The position numbers and the translations under genes are program-made. 63,968 nt of DNA, taken from a virus. Every line of letters begins with the position of its first letter. Positions within the stretch are counted from its first letter, which is position 1. A model generated the notes under the pieces. It was not told the DNA's origin. It saw only the letters and a program-made list of their open reading frames with translations, and did not search any database. Below, piece by piece: positions 8,984-18,933 of this stretch. Location of the stretch: the IMG/VR virus record IMGVR_UViG_3300043607_000016, positions 1 to 63,968 of that record. The stretch is one strand, 5' to 3'.

Positions 8984-10021
8984 CTAATTATGATAGGTCA
9001 CAAGCAACATCCTCTGAGTCAGACTATTAAACGGCGTCCCCGGCTGCGAGTCAAACCTCCCAGTCACCTTTAACACCGGATTCCCGTTCAATGCAATCAA
9101 TCCGCTGACGGCGGTTATCGTATCCAGATAAACCTGGGAGTCCATCCCGCCTACGGTTCCGAGGGTAACTGTTGCCTTTCCATGGGCCTCGACTGTTCCG
9201 TTCACGCCACCCGCTGTGACGACAAACCAGGCGTCGATCTCCCAATGGTTGTCTGTAGTGGCTGCCGTCGTTGCGTTGCACTGCCAGTTAAGAATCTGCA
9301 CCCCGTCCATAAATATTCGAAATCTGATTGTCGGCGTCTGTCCCGCCCGGGTGAGGTATGTCCCGGCAGCATGAACATGGACCGTCTTTCCCACGTCATT
9401 CAAGTCGGCGGTTCCGAATGTGAAAGTCATCAAATCCTGATCGGATGTGGAGTTCGCGCTTGCCGTGACTGGGGTGACATTCACGCCTACCATTTTCGTA
9501 AACGTATGAATATTTTCCGTGACCGTTATCGTCCCGGAGCTAGTTACGGGCGATCCACTGGTGACGAGCAGGCGGTTTGGGACGGTCAAGGCCACGCTAC
9601 TTACGCTGCCGCCTTTGGCCTCCCACCCAGGCGAAGTCGTGGTTCGTCCATCGAATTGGTAAAGAAGATTATCGAATATTACAAGACTACCATCCTGGGA
9701 CTGGGGATCGCTGGCTGGGGGTAGGTCAAGGACGATTGGCGCGTATGGGATCTGGGGCTGAGACGCGCGACCGAGGAGACCCTGGATGCTAAAGGAGTGC
9801 TCGCCGCCTGCTTTTAGAAGACTGATGAGTTGACCAACGGTCGTGACTGGTCCGCTGCCGGTTAGAGGTGCGGCCTTGTTGGAGGATGATTGGGCTTGGG
9901 TTTTAATTTGTGATTCGAGCGAGTGGATCAGGGCGTAGAGGTCGCGGATAGAGTTTGAGGTCAGGCGACCGTCGAGGGTGCCATCGGATTTGAGAACTGT
10001 GGGTGGATTCTTCAAAGGCAT
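8984..10021 (-). CDS. Tail-fibre-like protein (345 aa)
   Basis: Ser/Thr/Gly/Val-rich beta-type composition within the tail block. Confidence 0.45.
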   Translation of the reverse strand: MPLKNPPTVLKSDGTLDGRLTSNSIRDLYALIHSLESQIKTQAQSSSNKAAPLTGSGPVTTVGQLISLLKAGGEHSFSIQGLLGRASQPQIPYAPIVLDLPPASDPQSQDGSLVIFDNLLYQFDGRTTTSPGWEAKGGSVSSVALTVPNRLLVTSGSPVTSSGTITVTENIHTFTKMVGVNVTPVTASANSTSDQDLMTFTFGTADLNDVGKTVHVHAAGTYLTRAGQTPTIRFRIFMDGVQILNWQCNATTAATTDNHWEIDAWFVVTAGGVNGTVEAHGKATVTLGTVGGMDSQVYLDTITAVSGLIALNGNPVLKVTGRFDSQPGTPFNSLTQRMLLVTYHN

Positions 10022-10029
10022 AGATCAAA

Positions 10030-10575
10030 TCAACCCCATTGCTCTGCCATTCCTTCTGCGATCCCAATCAGGGTACGGCTTCGATTCTTCCAGCGATCAG
10101 GCGATGGCGGCTCTCGATGAACTCTTGCTCGTCTGCCTTCTACAACCTTAGTAGGTTGAAGCGGTGGCAGTCCTTTCAACCATAAGCACGTCGCTTTGGT
10201 TTCACCATATCCAAACTGCCATGGCTGGATGATTTGATCCGGTTTTCTAAATCTGGAACTCATAATGCTGATTGGATTCTCGATTGCGATTTTGGGGATG
10301 CGCGCATTCGCCAAAGCCAGAAAGAATTGTATCGCCTCGCCTTGCTCTTTCAGTTTGTCCTTGAACCACCGTGCCCCGCTAACAGCCAGATGCGTACAGG
10401 GTGGGTGTGCGATCATCATATCCCAGTCACCATCTAGGATGCTTAGCACATCACCCTGAATGTGGTTACCTCGCCGTTCGGTAGGCAAAAGGTCACAGGA
10501 GATTGCGTGATGCCCTCGACGTAGAAAGGCGTCTCGAACGATGCCGCTGAACTCACATGCGATTAGTATTTTCAT
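10030..10575 (-). CDS. Small C5-cytosine-methyltransferase-like protein (181 aa)
   Basis: MKILIACEFSG (motif I-like), HPPCTHLAVSG (PC motif IV-like) and IENP (ENV-like motif VI). No target-recognition domain. Confidence 0.5.
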   Translation of the reverse strand: MKILIACEFSGIVRDAFLRRGHHAISCDLLPTERRGNHIQGDVLSILDGDWDMMIAHPPCTHLAVSGARWFKDKLKEQGEAIQFFLALANARIPKIAIENPISIMSSRFRKPDQIIQPWQFGYGETKATCLWLKGLPPLQPTKVVEGRRARVHREPPSPDRWKNRSRTLIGIAEGMAEQWG

Positions 10576-10613
10576 ATTGAGATTGTAAGCCGGTCAGCAA
10601 TTCCCTAATTAGG

Positions 10614-13600
10614 TCAGATCGTCGGACCCACGTTCGCATTCTCCTCGCCAAACATATTAAATCTTTGATATACCTGACCAGCCCATGGTTTGCCCCGAAC
10701 CCATGAGCCTCTACGATACAGGCGGAATGGTTCGCTCGAATGAAACGACATTCTTCTATGCTTGAATTTAATCGGCTGAAATGGGAAGTAGAACTTGCGA
10801 TAAAGTCCTGCGCCGTGGGGCAGCGTGTAAGTGTAGTCTACGTTATCCAGTCTGCATGTCAGAGTGATATCCGCCGTTGCGATATAGGCTACCTCGCCGT
10901 CTCTGAAATGCCCAAAGTCCCAGAGGTCGCCGGTCTCGAAATCAGTAACGTAATCCAGAACCAACGGCGGACACGGATCGAAAAGCCATTCGATATTCCA
11001 AAGTTTCCATTGATTCGCGTCTGTCGGCAGCAACCGAACCAGATGCGCCATGAACGGGATCTCAAACCCGTAATCTACCCAGCTCTCGCCGTTCTGCTGG
11101 ATGATCAATGGACCTGTTGCCTGATTCGCCCACACACCGTTGATGCCATTGTCTGCCTGAATCTCCGCTGACCTTAGCAAATTCTGCGTGTCAGCCTTGA
11201 TCCGACAGCCATAAAAATACTTCGGCCCGGCGCGGCCCAGGTCAGTATAGAGCGTGCGTCGAAGGTTCGTGTCGATCGGGCGAATGTCGAAGCTGGGTGC
11301 CCATTCGTAAAGCTCAACGCCATGCGCGGTCCATGTGAAATTAAGCGCGACATTGCGGGCTTCTTGGCCTAAACCAGAAGCGATGTCAAGGAACTGCTGA
11401 CCGCGTGCAGCTTGGTTTACATTCTGACTTGCAAGCAGAGTTGAATAGCTGTCAAACCCAATGATCGTTGCTACGTTCGCCCCGGTAGTATTCGCATCTA
11501 CCATCACATCACCGAACAGCTTCTCCGCCCGTGAATCCCCCATGTCCATGCTGCCTGTTCGAACTATGCTGCTGATTGGCGTGCCCGCGTCGGTGCTACC
11601 TAAAAGCTGATAGAGTCTTCCATCTACCCCACCAAGCAGCATCGACCGCACACCTCGACCTTCTTCGCCGTAATGCCTCGCAACCCCCACGCCGTATACA
11701 TCCAATGACTCCCAGCCAACCGTCGTTCTAACTAAGGTTCGTCTTGCCGCACTCGTATCCAGATAGTCGAAGTAAAGCACTCCGTCATAGAACTCTAACG
11801 TCATCGCGTTAGGCTGCGTGTAGTCTGGGGGGTTGATGCCATTGACTACCACGCCCGGCTGACCATCATGTGGAAATAGCGGATAGAGGTCTGCGTTGGT
11901 CAGGGATTTAGGCTCACCACCGTTGCTGATATAAATCCCGTCCTCGCCGATAAAGACAATGCCCTCCGGTGCCACACATATGCCAAAGCGCGCGTAGAGT
12001 CCTTTGCTATTCGGCACATCCTGCGCCTGAATGCGAGTTCTGACTACGTTATCTGCCCCGGTGTCATGTCCCACGTTCACGCGGAACATCCGCTTATTCG
12101 AAAGCACCCACGCCGCGCCATCAAACAGACACCCGTTCATCAATGGTTCAGACGGAGAAGTAATTTCATTGCCAATTACATCAGCAGGCGCGGAGTCCGA
12201 GTCATTCCCAGTGGTTACAAACAGCGTCCCTTCCTGATTCGTCGCCCCACACGCAAGAAACCTCACCGCGCCGTCGAGGTCAATAAACGGCCCCCACATC
12301 GCGGGCAACGGCTGCCCCTGGATCAGTGCGTCTGGGATGAAGAAGCTGACTGCGCTAGTCAGGGCTCCCAGGTTATCCACCACCTCAAGTAATGATGCGG
12401 AGATAACTCTATACAGAATGGATGGAACCCCATTCACTATGACTAGACTTCCTGGAGCCCATGCTGGATTAAATGAATCTCCGCTTGTTCTGGTTATCAT
12501 TGTTCCCGAAACAGTACAGGTTCCGGTTCTAGGAATGTCTAGTACAGGAAAGGGCTGATATTTATCAAAGTCTAATCCTGAGTTTCCCGCGACCGTATCG
12601 TCTGGAAAATCATCATTAAAGGTGGTGGTTGCGTTTGGGCCAGTTCCTATATACCTCCATACGTTCAGGCTTCCACCAAACCGAAACCAGTCAATCTTGT
12701 CTACCTGTGCATCAGAAGATGCCGTTGCAGATAGTTGAACCCTCTGCCGATGGGGTATAACCCCACTTCGATTGGCGGGAGAAGGATTGGAGATTGCGCC
12801 CGACTCACTGGCGCGGTATCTAAAGCGATAAGTATAAGGTGTGCCTATATCTCCCGAGTCAGGTCCGAACGAGCCTCCTACCCACCATGATCCAAACAAG
12901 ACTCCTATCGTATCGTCTGGAATGCTCGATCCTGTATTGTTGGCAAAGGTAATCCTTATTCTTATAGCTACTACATTTGCTAAGGTCTTGTTTAGGTCGC
13001 TTCCTATCCGCTGTAGATCAGATATTTTGATTCTGACCGGAGTAAATACATTGATGCCCAAAACCGGAATGCCACCGGATGGATTCCCAGGATTTATTGG
13101 TGGATCACTGGTGGAGTCAAGGGTTGCTATTCTTCGTCTAAGATTCTCAGCACGGGTCAGGTTTCCATTTCTGATTGACTTAGCAAGTCTTCTTTGAAGT
13201 CGGAGTCTAAGTTGAGCGTCCGTCTCATCAGTAGATGTTGGAGCATCACTGATTTGCTGACTAGCGAGTTGAGAGGACTTTGCCGAGTTGGATTGGAGTG
13301 CCCCCGTAATAGTGGCATTTAGATCAGAGGGCCGTAGAGGTATGTAATAGTAGTTCCGGGTAAACGAACCATCGTCCACATCCAACTGAAAATGAACCTC
13401 CTGGATGGCCTGAGTAAAAAAGGGATCATAGGAGTATATCTCCAGATTCATTTCATCATCATCCTGTAGAGGACGACCATTAACATTAGCTAGATCAAGA
13501 GCGACGGTGCGAGTTGCCAGGGCTACAACGGAGGCTCCATCAGCCAACAGCAGGTTGGAGGCGTTTAGCAACCGCCATGTTATCGTCCCCGCAGACGCGT

Positions 13601-14633
13601 GATTGTTGACGAAGAATGCTCTGAAGGAAAGAATCCCGCTTACTGCCCCCCCTACTGTATGGTTCGATGTAGTAGAACAGCGTAGTGACGGCAAACCATC
13701 CGGCCCAAATGCTACTGATAAAACTCTGACATACTCCGAGTCGATTTTTATAAGAACATTTGGAACCAGCGCTCTCCGTTTGTGGGACGCAAGAACGATT
13801 GTGCATAGGCCGGTAGCGCCCGTGTCGTAGGTTATGGACGAGATAGTAGTAGTTTTGATTGATGTATAAACAGAGTCTATGATGACGACCTCAGCTCCAG
13901 ATCCGTCCATCGTAACCATCGCGCCATCTTGATAAAGCCGGGAGTCTCCAGGAGTGGTTATGCCAATAGATGCCCATCCAGTAGAGCCTGTATCATAAAG
14001 GGCCGCAGTGATTGTATCAGTAGGAAATCCGCCTGTGTTGACTACCGCAAATAGCCCTGTACCCGCAACCCATGAGGCCGCTGTATTGATTCCAGTTTCT
14101 ATTGTTGTGGATTGAAATGAGCTTAGAGTTGGTATGTCAGAACTGGGGCCACCTGAGGGTCCAATCGGCGGCGCGATCCCCATGTTACGAAACGTACGAT
14201 TATCCTTGACCTTACCCATTTTGTTCGCATCCCCGACGTACATGAACGGCTCTGGGGATTGCGTTGGGCGGTGGGGGATTAGCGAGAGAGGATTACCGCT
14301 GAAGCCGGTCGCTATCGCCGTGAGTTCTGTGCCAGTGAAACTTGTCCCCGCGTAAAGCCCTGTGCCAGCACCCACCACGCGGAGGAACTGATTGGCCGCT
14401 CCAGGAACATCATCATTTAACCTGCGGATTGAGTGGATCGTCGCGTTGCCGGTTGGAATGAGTGGGCTGGGGTTTATCGCGGTCATCCCCGGACGCTGAA
14501 TCAGAACCCCCGTGGAGTATGATCTAACGTTTTGCAGGACGGCATACTCATCAGGGGCAAGCAAGTCCCCCGCCTTCCCGAGCACCATCCCCCGGATGAT
14601 CATCTTAAAAGATTTGCGATCAAACTCAGGCAT
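10614..14633 (-). CDS. Very large tail or baseplate protein (1339 aa)
   Basis: Long ORF immediately downstream of the tailspike gene on the same strand. Confidence 0.6.
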   Translation of the reverse strand: MPEFDRKSFKMIIRGMVLGKAGDLLAPDEYAVLQNVRSYSTGVLIQRPGMTAINPSPLIPTGNATIHSIRRLNDDVPGAANQFLRVVGAGTGLYAGTSFTGTELTAIATGFSGNPLSLIPHRPTQSPEPFMYVGDANKMGKVKDNRTFRNMGIAPPIGPSGGPSSDIPTLSSFQSTTIETGINTAASWVAGTGLFAVVNTGGFPTDTITAALYDTGSTGWASIGITTPGDSRLYQDGAMVTMDGSGAEVVIIDSVYTSIKTTTISSITYDTGATGLCTIVLASHKRRALVPNVLIKIDSEYVRVLSVAFGPDGLPSLRCSTTSNHTVGGAVSGILSFRAFFVNNHASAGTITWRLLNASNLLLADGASVVALATRTVALDLANVNGRPLQDDDEMNLEIYSYDPFFTQAIQEVHFQLDVDDGSFTRNYYYIPLRPSDLNATITGALQSNSAKSSQLASQQISDAPTSTDETDAQLRLRLQRRLAKSIRNGNLTRAENLRRRIATLDSTSDPPINPGNPSGGIPVLGINVFTPVRIKISDLQRIGSDLNKTLANVVAIRIRITFANNTGSSIPDDTIGVLFGSWWVGGSFGPDSGDIGTPYTYRFRYRASESGAISNPSPANRSGVIPHRQRVQLSATASSDAQVDKIDWFRFGGSLNVWRYIGTGPNATTTFNDDFPDDTVAGNSGLDFDKYQPFPVLDIPRTGTCTVSGTMITRTSGDSFNPAWAPGSLVIVNGVPSILYRVISASLLEVVDNLGALTSAVSFFIPDALIQGQPLPAMWGPFIDLDGAVRFLACGATNQEGTLFVTTGNDSDSAPADVIGNEITSPSEPLMNGCLFDGAAWVLSNKRMFRVNVGHDTGADNVVRTRIQAQDVPNSKGLYARFGICVAPEGIVFIGEDGIYISNGGEPKSLTNADLYPLFPHDGQPGVVVNGINPPDYTQPNAMTLEFYDGVLYFDYLDTSAARRTLVRTTVGWESLDVYGVGVARHYGEEGRGVRSMLLGGVDGRLYQLLGSTDAGTPISSIVRTGSMDMGDSRAEKLFGDVMVDANTTGANVATIIGFDSYSTLLASQNVNQAARGQQFLDIASGLGQEARNVALNFTWTAHGVELYEWAPSFDIRPIDTNLRRTLYTDLGRAGPKYFYGCRIKADTQNLLRSAEIQADNGINGVWANQATGPLIIQQNGESWVDYGFEIPFMAHLVRLLPTDANQWKLWNIEWLFDPCPPLVLDYVTDFETGDLWDFGHFRDGEVAYIATADITLTCRLDNVDYTYTLPHGAGLYRKFYFPFQPIKFKHRRMSFHSSEPFRLYRRGSWVRGKPWAGQVYQRFNMFGEENANVGPTI

Positions 14634-14637
14634 GACC

Positions 14638-16869
14638 TTATCTCACTCGCCTCGCGCTGATATAGCCACCTGTGGTCATCGTGCTCACCCCAAAAGCTGC
14701 AAGTCCCACTAGGTAGATCGTGGTTGTGCCTGCTAGAGATATACGCCGTCGCGGGATCGAATGAGTGATGGCGTTGGAAGAGGTAGCATTTCCGCGGAAG
14801 TCATCAGTGAACGTACCCGCAGTTGTATCAAGCGTGTTGTTTACCTGGCTAACGGAGGACGCGATCTCACCAATGGTAGTAGTCCCAGCGGGGGTAAAGT
14901 AACACACCGAGGCCACGTCCCAGTCGCCTGCTGTCAGGCTAATCGACACGATGGTTTTGGCAACGCCGGTAACAAGCGAGATCGATCCCACCGCAGCCGA
15001 GCCTTCGATGAACTCTCCTACCTTTCCAGCGGCGGCGTTGTCATTCGTGGCAGTCCCACTGATGACAAATGCCCCGGTAGGTCCGATATAAAACCTCTGC
15101 ACGCCAGCCGCTATTGGATCACCACCAATCGCGTTTGATTGATAGATAGCGAAGTCTCCAAACGCGGTGTTGTCTAATCTGATCGACCAGTTCCTCGCCC
15201 CCGCAGCGGGTTGATCGGAATAGAAATCCAGCCTTGATGTCTGACCCTGGATGCGAAGTCCAGTCTCGCCGATTACTTTGAGATGCAATGCAGCGAGCGC
15301 CGTAAACGGAAAGAAGCCAAAGCCGGTGAAGTCTCTAAACTGCTGTTGCCCAAAATACTGTTTGGTGTCGGTCACTCCCCAGATTCGGGGGTCGGTGGGG
15401 ACTATAGCGCCATCAGCGGTCGCGAAGGGATTGAAGTAGATTCCATAACCTGCGGTGGGTGCCCATGTAGCGTCGGAGTTATCAATCACTACATCATTTG
15501 CTGCGATGACCAGCCCTCCAGATGCATGAGCAACAGCAGTAGTGCCGTACTGCCCCCGGACCACGCCAGTAAAGGTAGTGGGGGTGATGCCAGTATAGGT
15601 AACTGTTTCCAGCACTGAAAAATCAGTAAGACGCAAAACGCCTGTCGATGGAAACCCAACCGTGGTTAGAACGGTGATTGTTACATCTCCTGTTCCGATT
15701 GCGCCGTTTTGCAAAGTCTGTGCATGTTGGCCCCTCCAACTCCCCCCGAAGAAGAATGTATTAATCGGAAACCCCGCCGCCGTGGAGATTGGTTTTATCC
15801 GAACACCCTGTTCCGCCGAACCAAGACAATTGGCAAACATGCAATGGTCGGTGAAGCGGAGTTCGGTGGCCGCGCTGTTGGCTGTCCCATCCTGAGAGAT
15901 ATAGAGGCTGTCAAATAACCAGTTGGCGAGTGTGCCGGTTTTGCCTAATCGTAAGCCGATCGTGTTGTTATTGACAGAAACCATGGAGATATTACGAGCT
16001 ACTCCCGCATCGCCATAGTTATTGGTGATCTCAGTACCACCGTTGAAAGAGGCGACCCCATAAGAGTCAACATCAAAGCCAACTCCTGTATACCCCCAGA
16101 TGGAGATGTCTTGTATGTCCGCGTCAGGGGCATGCATGACCTGAAGCCCGATGCCGCAGGCGTTGTTACAGTCGAAATGGAGACCTCGCATGGCAAATCC
16201 GCCGATAGGCCCCGCGATTCGCGCCATTACAGCAGTGAGAGATGTCATGCCGTTCCAGAATATTCGCACCGCCGAGAGTGGAGTAACGTTGTTGAGACGA
16301 ACGCTGCCCGCGCCGATGATTGAGATACCTGCATAGGTAGAGATAGTAGTGGAGGTGCCGTCACCGATGATCCATGTAGAGTTGATTTTATAGTTGCCTG
16401 GAGGGATGTAGATTATTCCCTTTCTTGCCGCCACGGCAGCAGCTAGTGCTGCATTAAAACCTGGGATGGAATCGAGCACGCCGGTTGGGTCCGCGCCGTA
16501 AAGAGGGTCTGTGACGTTGTAGACCTGAAACCCGGTGGTGGTTGCTGGGGGTGCACTGCCTGATGTCGGAGCAATGAGGTCAAATAGCGTAAAGGTGGTA
16601 ATCCCTATGCCTGAGAATTGAACATCGAAGTGACTGCCCTCTGGCGCATAAAAGAACCAGAAACCGTCAGACGCGGATGTGAAGGGATTGGCCTTTGGGG
16701 TGCCGGAAGCGTTGCTATAGACCGTAGAAAGATTCGTAGTCCCGGCATCGAAGATAGAAACGGTACAGAGAGGGAAGGACTGCTCTACTTTTGTGGTTGA
16801 GGATAGCCCCTCAGTCAAAACGGAACTGCCGCCTTCCTCAGCCCAACCAAAAATCTTTGTGTTAGACAT
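14638..16869 (-). CDS. Tailspike or depolymerase with a pectate-lyase-like right-handed beta-helix
   Basis: YNVTDPLYGADPTGVLDSIPGFNAALAAAVAARKGIIYIPPGNYKI matches the N-terminal signature of pectate_lyase_3-type beta-helix proteins. The rest has a repetitive Gly/Asn/Thr-rich composition. Confidence 0.6.
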   Translation of the reverse strand: MSNTKIFGWAEEGGSSVLTEGLSSTTKVEQSFPLCTVSIFDAGTTNLSTVYSNASGTPKANPFTSASDGFWFFYAPEGSHFDVQFSGIGITTFTLFDLIAPTSGSAPPATTTGFQVYNVTDPLYGADPTGVLDSIPGFNAALAAAVAARKGIIYIPPGNYKINSTWIIGDGTSTTISTYAGISIIGAGSVRLNNVTPLSAVRIFWNGMTSLTAVMARIAGPIGGFAMRGLHFDCNNACGIGLQVMHAPDADIQDISIWGYTGVGFDVDSYGVASFNGGTEITNNYGDAGVARNISMVSVNNNTIGLRLGKTGTLANWLFDSLYISQDGTANSAATELRFTDHCMFANCLGSAEQGVRIKPISTAAGFPINTFFFGGSWRGQHAQTLQNGAIGTGDVTITVLTTVGFPSTGVLRLTDFSVLETVTYTGITPTTFTGVVRGQYGTTAVAHASGGLVIAANDVVIDNSDATWAPTAGYGIYFNPFATADGAIVPTDPRIWGVTDTKQYFGQQQFRDFTGFGFFPFTALAALHLKVIGETGLRIQGQTSRLDFYSDQPAAGARNWSIRLDNTAFGDFAIYQSNAIGGDPIAAGVQRFYIGPTGAFVISGTATNDNAAAGKVGEFIEGSAAVGSISLVTGVAKTIVSISLTAGDWDVASVCYFTPAGTTTIGEIASSVSQVNNTLDTTAGTFTDDFRGNATSSNAITHSIPRRRISLAGTTTIYLVGLAAFGVSTMTTGGYISARRVR

Positions 16870-16872
16870 GAT

Positions 16873-18231
16873 CTACGCTGCCTCCTCCTCGCGCCGCGGT
16901 CGCTGTATCCCCTCTGTCTTGCTTCCTGATTGCAGCGCCTTGAAATACTTCGCCGCGGCCAAAAGGCGTGGGTTGTTCTGGGTTGCGAGACGATACATAT
17001 TATCCAGTCCGGGAAGGGTTGCCAAGAACTCAGAGCCTTGCATTTTGAATGCGGCAAGGTGCGTAGCGTACATAAGAATGGCTTCATATTGTTCCCTACC
17101 GATCTGGAGAAAGTCAGAACCGGCAGTCGGGACTGGCATGTTCCGCAACACCTCAAGGGTTACAGAGGATGGGGTAGCGTCAGGCGTTGGGGTCACGGCG
17201 ATAAGGTTCCGACCAGCGACGGCAAGAGATGTTGGCGGTGTGAGCGGAGTTGCAAGTTGGTTCTGCCAATTCGCACGTAGGCTATCTAAATCATGTAGGC
17301 TGTTGGGGAACACGTTACGCCCGTTGATCTGCGCGAGCTGGACGGTGGCGGATAGACCAGCGAGCTTCAGTCCTTCCTCCCAGCGTTGCTCACAATATTT
17401 ACTTCGCAGGGGATCTGATGCCTGCCCGTCCTTGCCTAGTAAGTCCGCCAGCGCACCGAACCTCACCACCCATGCGAAGTCATCAGGAATGCCAAGCAAG
17501 GTCGCCGACACTGTTGGGTTGAATGCCGCCCCCGCGTTTACCGTTATTAGTTCAAGCGAGCCAACAGGCGCAGGCGGGGGGATGAGTTGCAGACTGACAT
17601 GCGGGGTTAGGATTGTTGAATACGCTTTAGGCGTGGCTGCGGTATTCTCCCAGTTGTGCGAGAGAGAATTCGCCTCCCATTCATCCGCCTTCCAGAGGGT
17701 TTTATATGTGCCTGTGGTAGCATCCCGCCATGCCGCACGCCGTATGTCGATGATTTGATCACTCAGGGCTACACGATCAGAGACAGGGACAACGGTGGAG
17801 CGGGATAGAACCAGCCCGGTTTCCAGAAGAAATTGATCCCGTCGTCGTTGGAGCGCGGAAGCTAGGTCATCAAGAGTAAATTGCTCCGTGCCTGCCCATC
17901 CTGCCGGCCAGTTCACCGTGTGAGACTCAAGCAGGTTATATTCGAGTTGATTGATAAGGTCACGGTCGGTAAGCGTGTAGCCAAGAAGCGCGGGAGGGTT
18001 GGTTGCGCCGGAGCCGCAGTCGGTAGTTGATGTCAGATCATAGAAGGTTTGGGAGGCTGTGGTAGAGAGTATGCAGCGATCTCGGGAAAACTGTGCAGCG
18101 GCATTCCAACACCTTAAAGACTCTACTACCCAATGCTGTAATTCATCCGCTACCCAGAAAATCTTAAGGGCATCCAGCCTCGCGGCAAGATCAGTGACTG
18201 ATTGTGTGAGCGTCTTCCATGACCATGCCAC
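16873..18231 (-). CDS. Hypothetical structural protein (452 aa)
   Basis: ORF in the virion block. The long antisense ORF 16793..17758 is judged a shadow of it. Confidence 0.6.
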   Translation of the reverse strand: MAWSWKTLTQSVTDLAARLDALKIFWVADELQHWVVESLRCWNAAAQFSRDRCILSTTASQTFYDLTSTTDCGSGATNPPALLGYTLTDRDLINQLEYNLLESHTVNWPAGWAGTEQFTLDDLASALQRRRDQFLLETGLVLSRSTVVPVSDRVALSDQIIDIRRAAWRDATTGTYKTLWKADEWEANSLSHNWENTAATPKAYSTILTPHVSLQLIPPPAPVGSLELITVNAGAAFNPTVSATLLGIPDDFAWVVRFGALADLLGKDGQASDPLRSKYCEQRWEEGLKLAGLSATVQLAQINGRNVFPNSLHDLDSLRANWQNQLATPLTPPTSLAVAGRNLIAVTPTPDATPSSVTLEVLRNMPVPTAGSDFLQIGREQYEAILMYATHLAAFKMQGSEFLATLPGLDNMYRLATQNNPRLLAAAKYFKALQSGSKTEGIQRPRREEEAA

Positions 18232-18244
18232 ATTGAGACCTCAT

Positions 18245-18559
18245 CTACTTCGGTTTGGCTTCGGGTTTTACTTCGGGGATTGGAATAGTACCCGCTGCTT
18301 GTTGGGTCGCCGGTTCGTATTGATGCGACCCAAAGTTGTATGAGAATCCATCTGGAATTTTATACTTCTTTTCCACGCTAAGAAGCGCAATTTGAAGTGA
18401 CTGATAGGCATTGGCGATGCGGAGAGCGTCTTCCTCAGTGATACGAATTGGTTCGAGCTTTGGCTGCTGTGGATGTGGTGCTGAGAGCTGCTGGCCCGCG
18501 CTAAGGCAGACACAGGCCAGCAGGACTACCAGAATACAAGTGATGGTTATCCGTCTCAT
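18245..18559 (-). CDS. Secreted protein or lipoprotein candidate (104 aa)
   Basis: N-terminus MRRITITCILVVLLACVCLSAGQQ is a signal peptide with an LLAC lipobox-like site. Confidence 0.5.
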   Translation of the reverse strand: MRRITITCILVVLLACVCLSAGQQLSAPHPQQPKLEPIRITEEDALRIANAYQSLQIALLSVEKKYKIPDGFSYNFGSHQYEPATQQAAGTIPIPEVKPEAKPK

Positions 18560-18820
18560 CTACTCATCCAAGATTCCGTTAATCACATCCCGCGTCGCTC
18601 GTAGGATCGCTAGCAGCTTAGTGTTCGCGAGGATTTTGGGTGCCGCCTGCTTCAGCAAGCTCGGCAACATCGGTAGCATTACAGAAGTTAAAAACGTCAC
18701 CCAATAGCTTGCCGATAGCGACCCCATCGCCACCTTAGCGTTCAAAGCTGCGACCGCCCTCTGCACTTTGGGCGAGGAAGCATGCTTCTCGATTGCCAGT
18801 TGATGTTCTGTTTTAGGCAT
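18560..18820 (-). CDS. Small membrane protein (86 aa)
   Basis: Central hydrophobic segment YWVTFLTSVMLPMLPSLL. The ORF abuts the downstream gene. Confidence 0.5.
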   Translation of the reverse strand: MPKTEHQLAIEKHASSPKVQRAVAALNAKVAMGSLSASYWVTFLTSVMLPMLPSLLKQAAPKILANTKLLAILRATRDVINGILDE

Positions 18821-18933
18821 ATGTTCGATCTCCTTAGCGGGGAGTTTACCTGCTTACCTCGGAGATGTAAACCAAGACCATGCTCTATGGCTTACGAACG
18901 TTTCCATGCGCTATGTTCACAAGCACTGACTCA

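Noticed and set aside
16793-17758. A 321-aa plus-strand ORF, along with similar long antisense ORFs (4578..4997, 4916..5494, 6273..6902, 22344..23063, 28483..29007 and 40424..40945)
   Set aside because: All lie opposite longer, tightly packed genes on the coding strand and have Ser/Arg/Ala/Pro-rich shadow-frame composition. No SD-preceded starts were seen.
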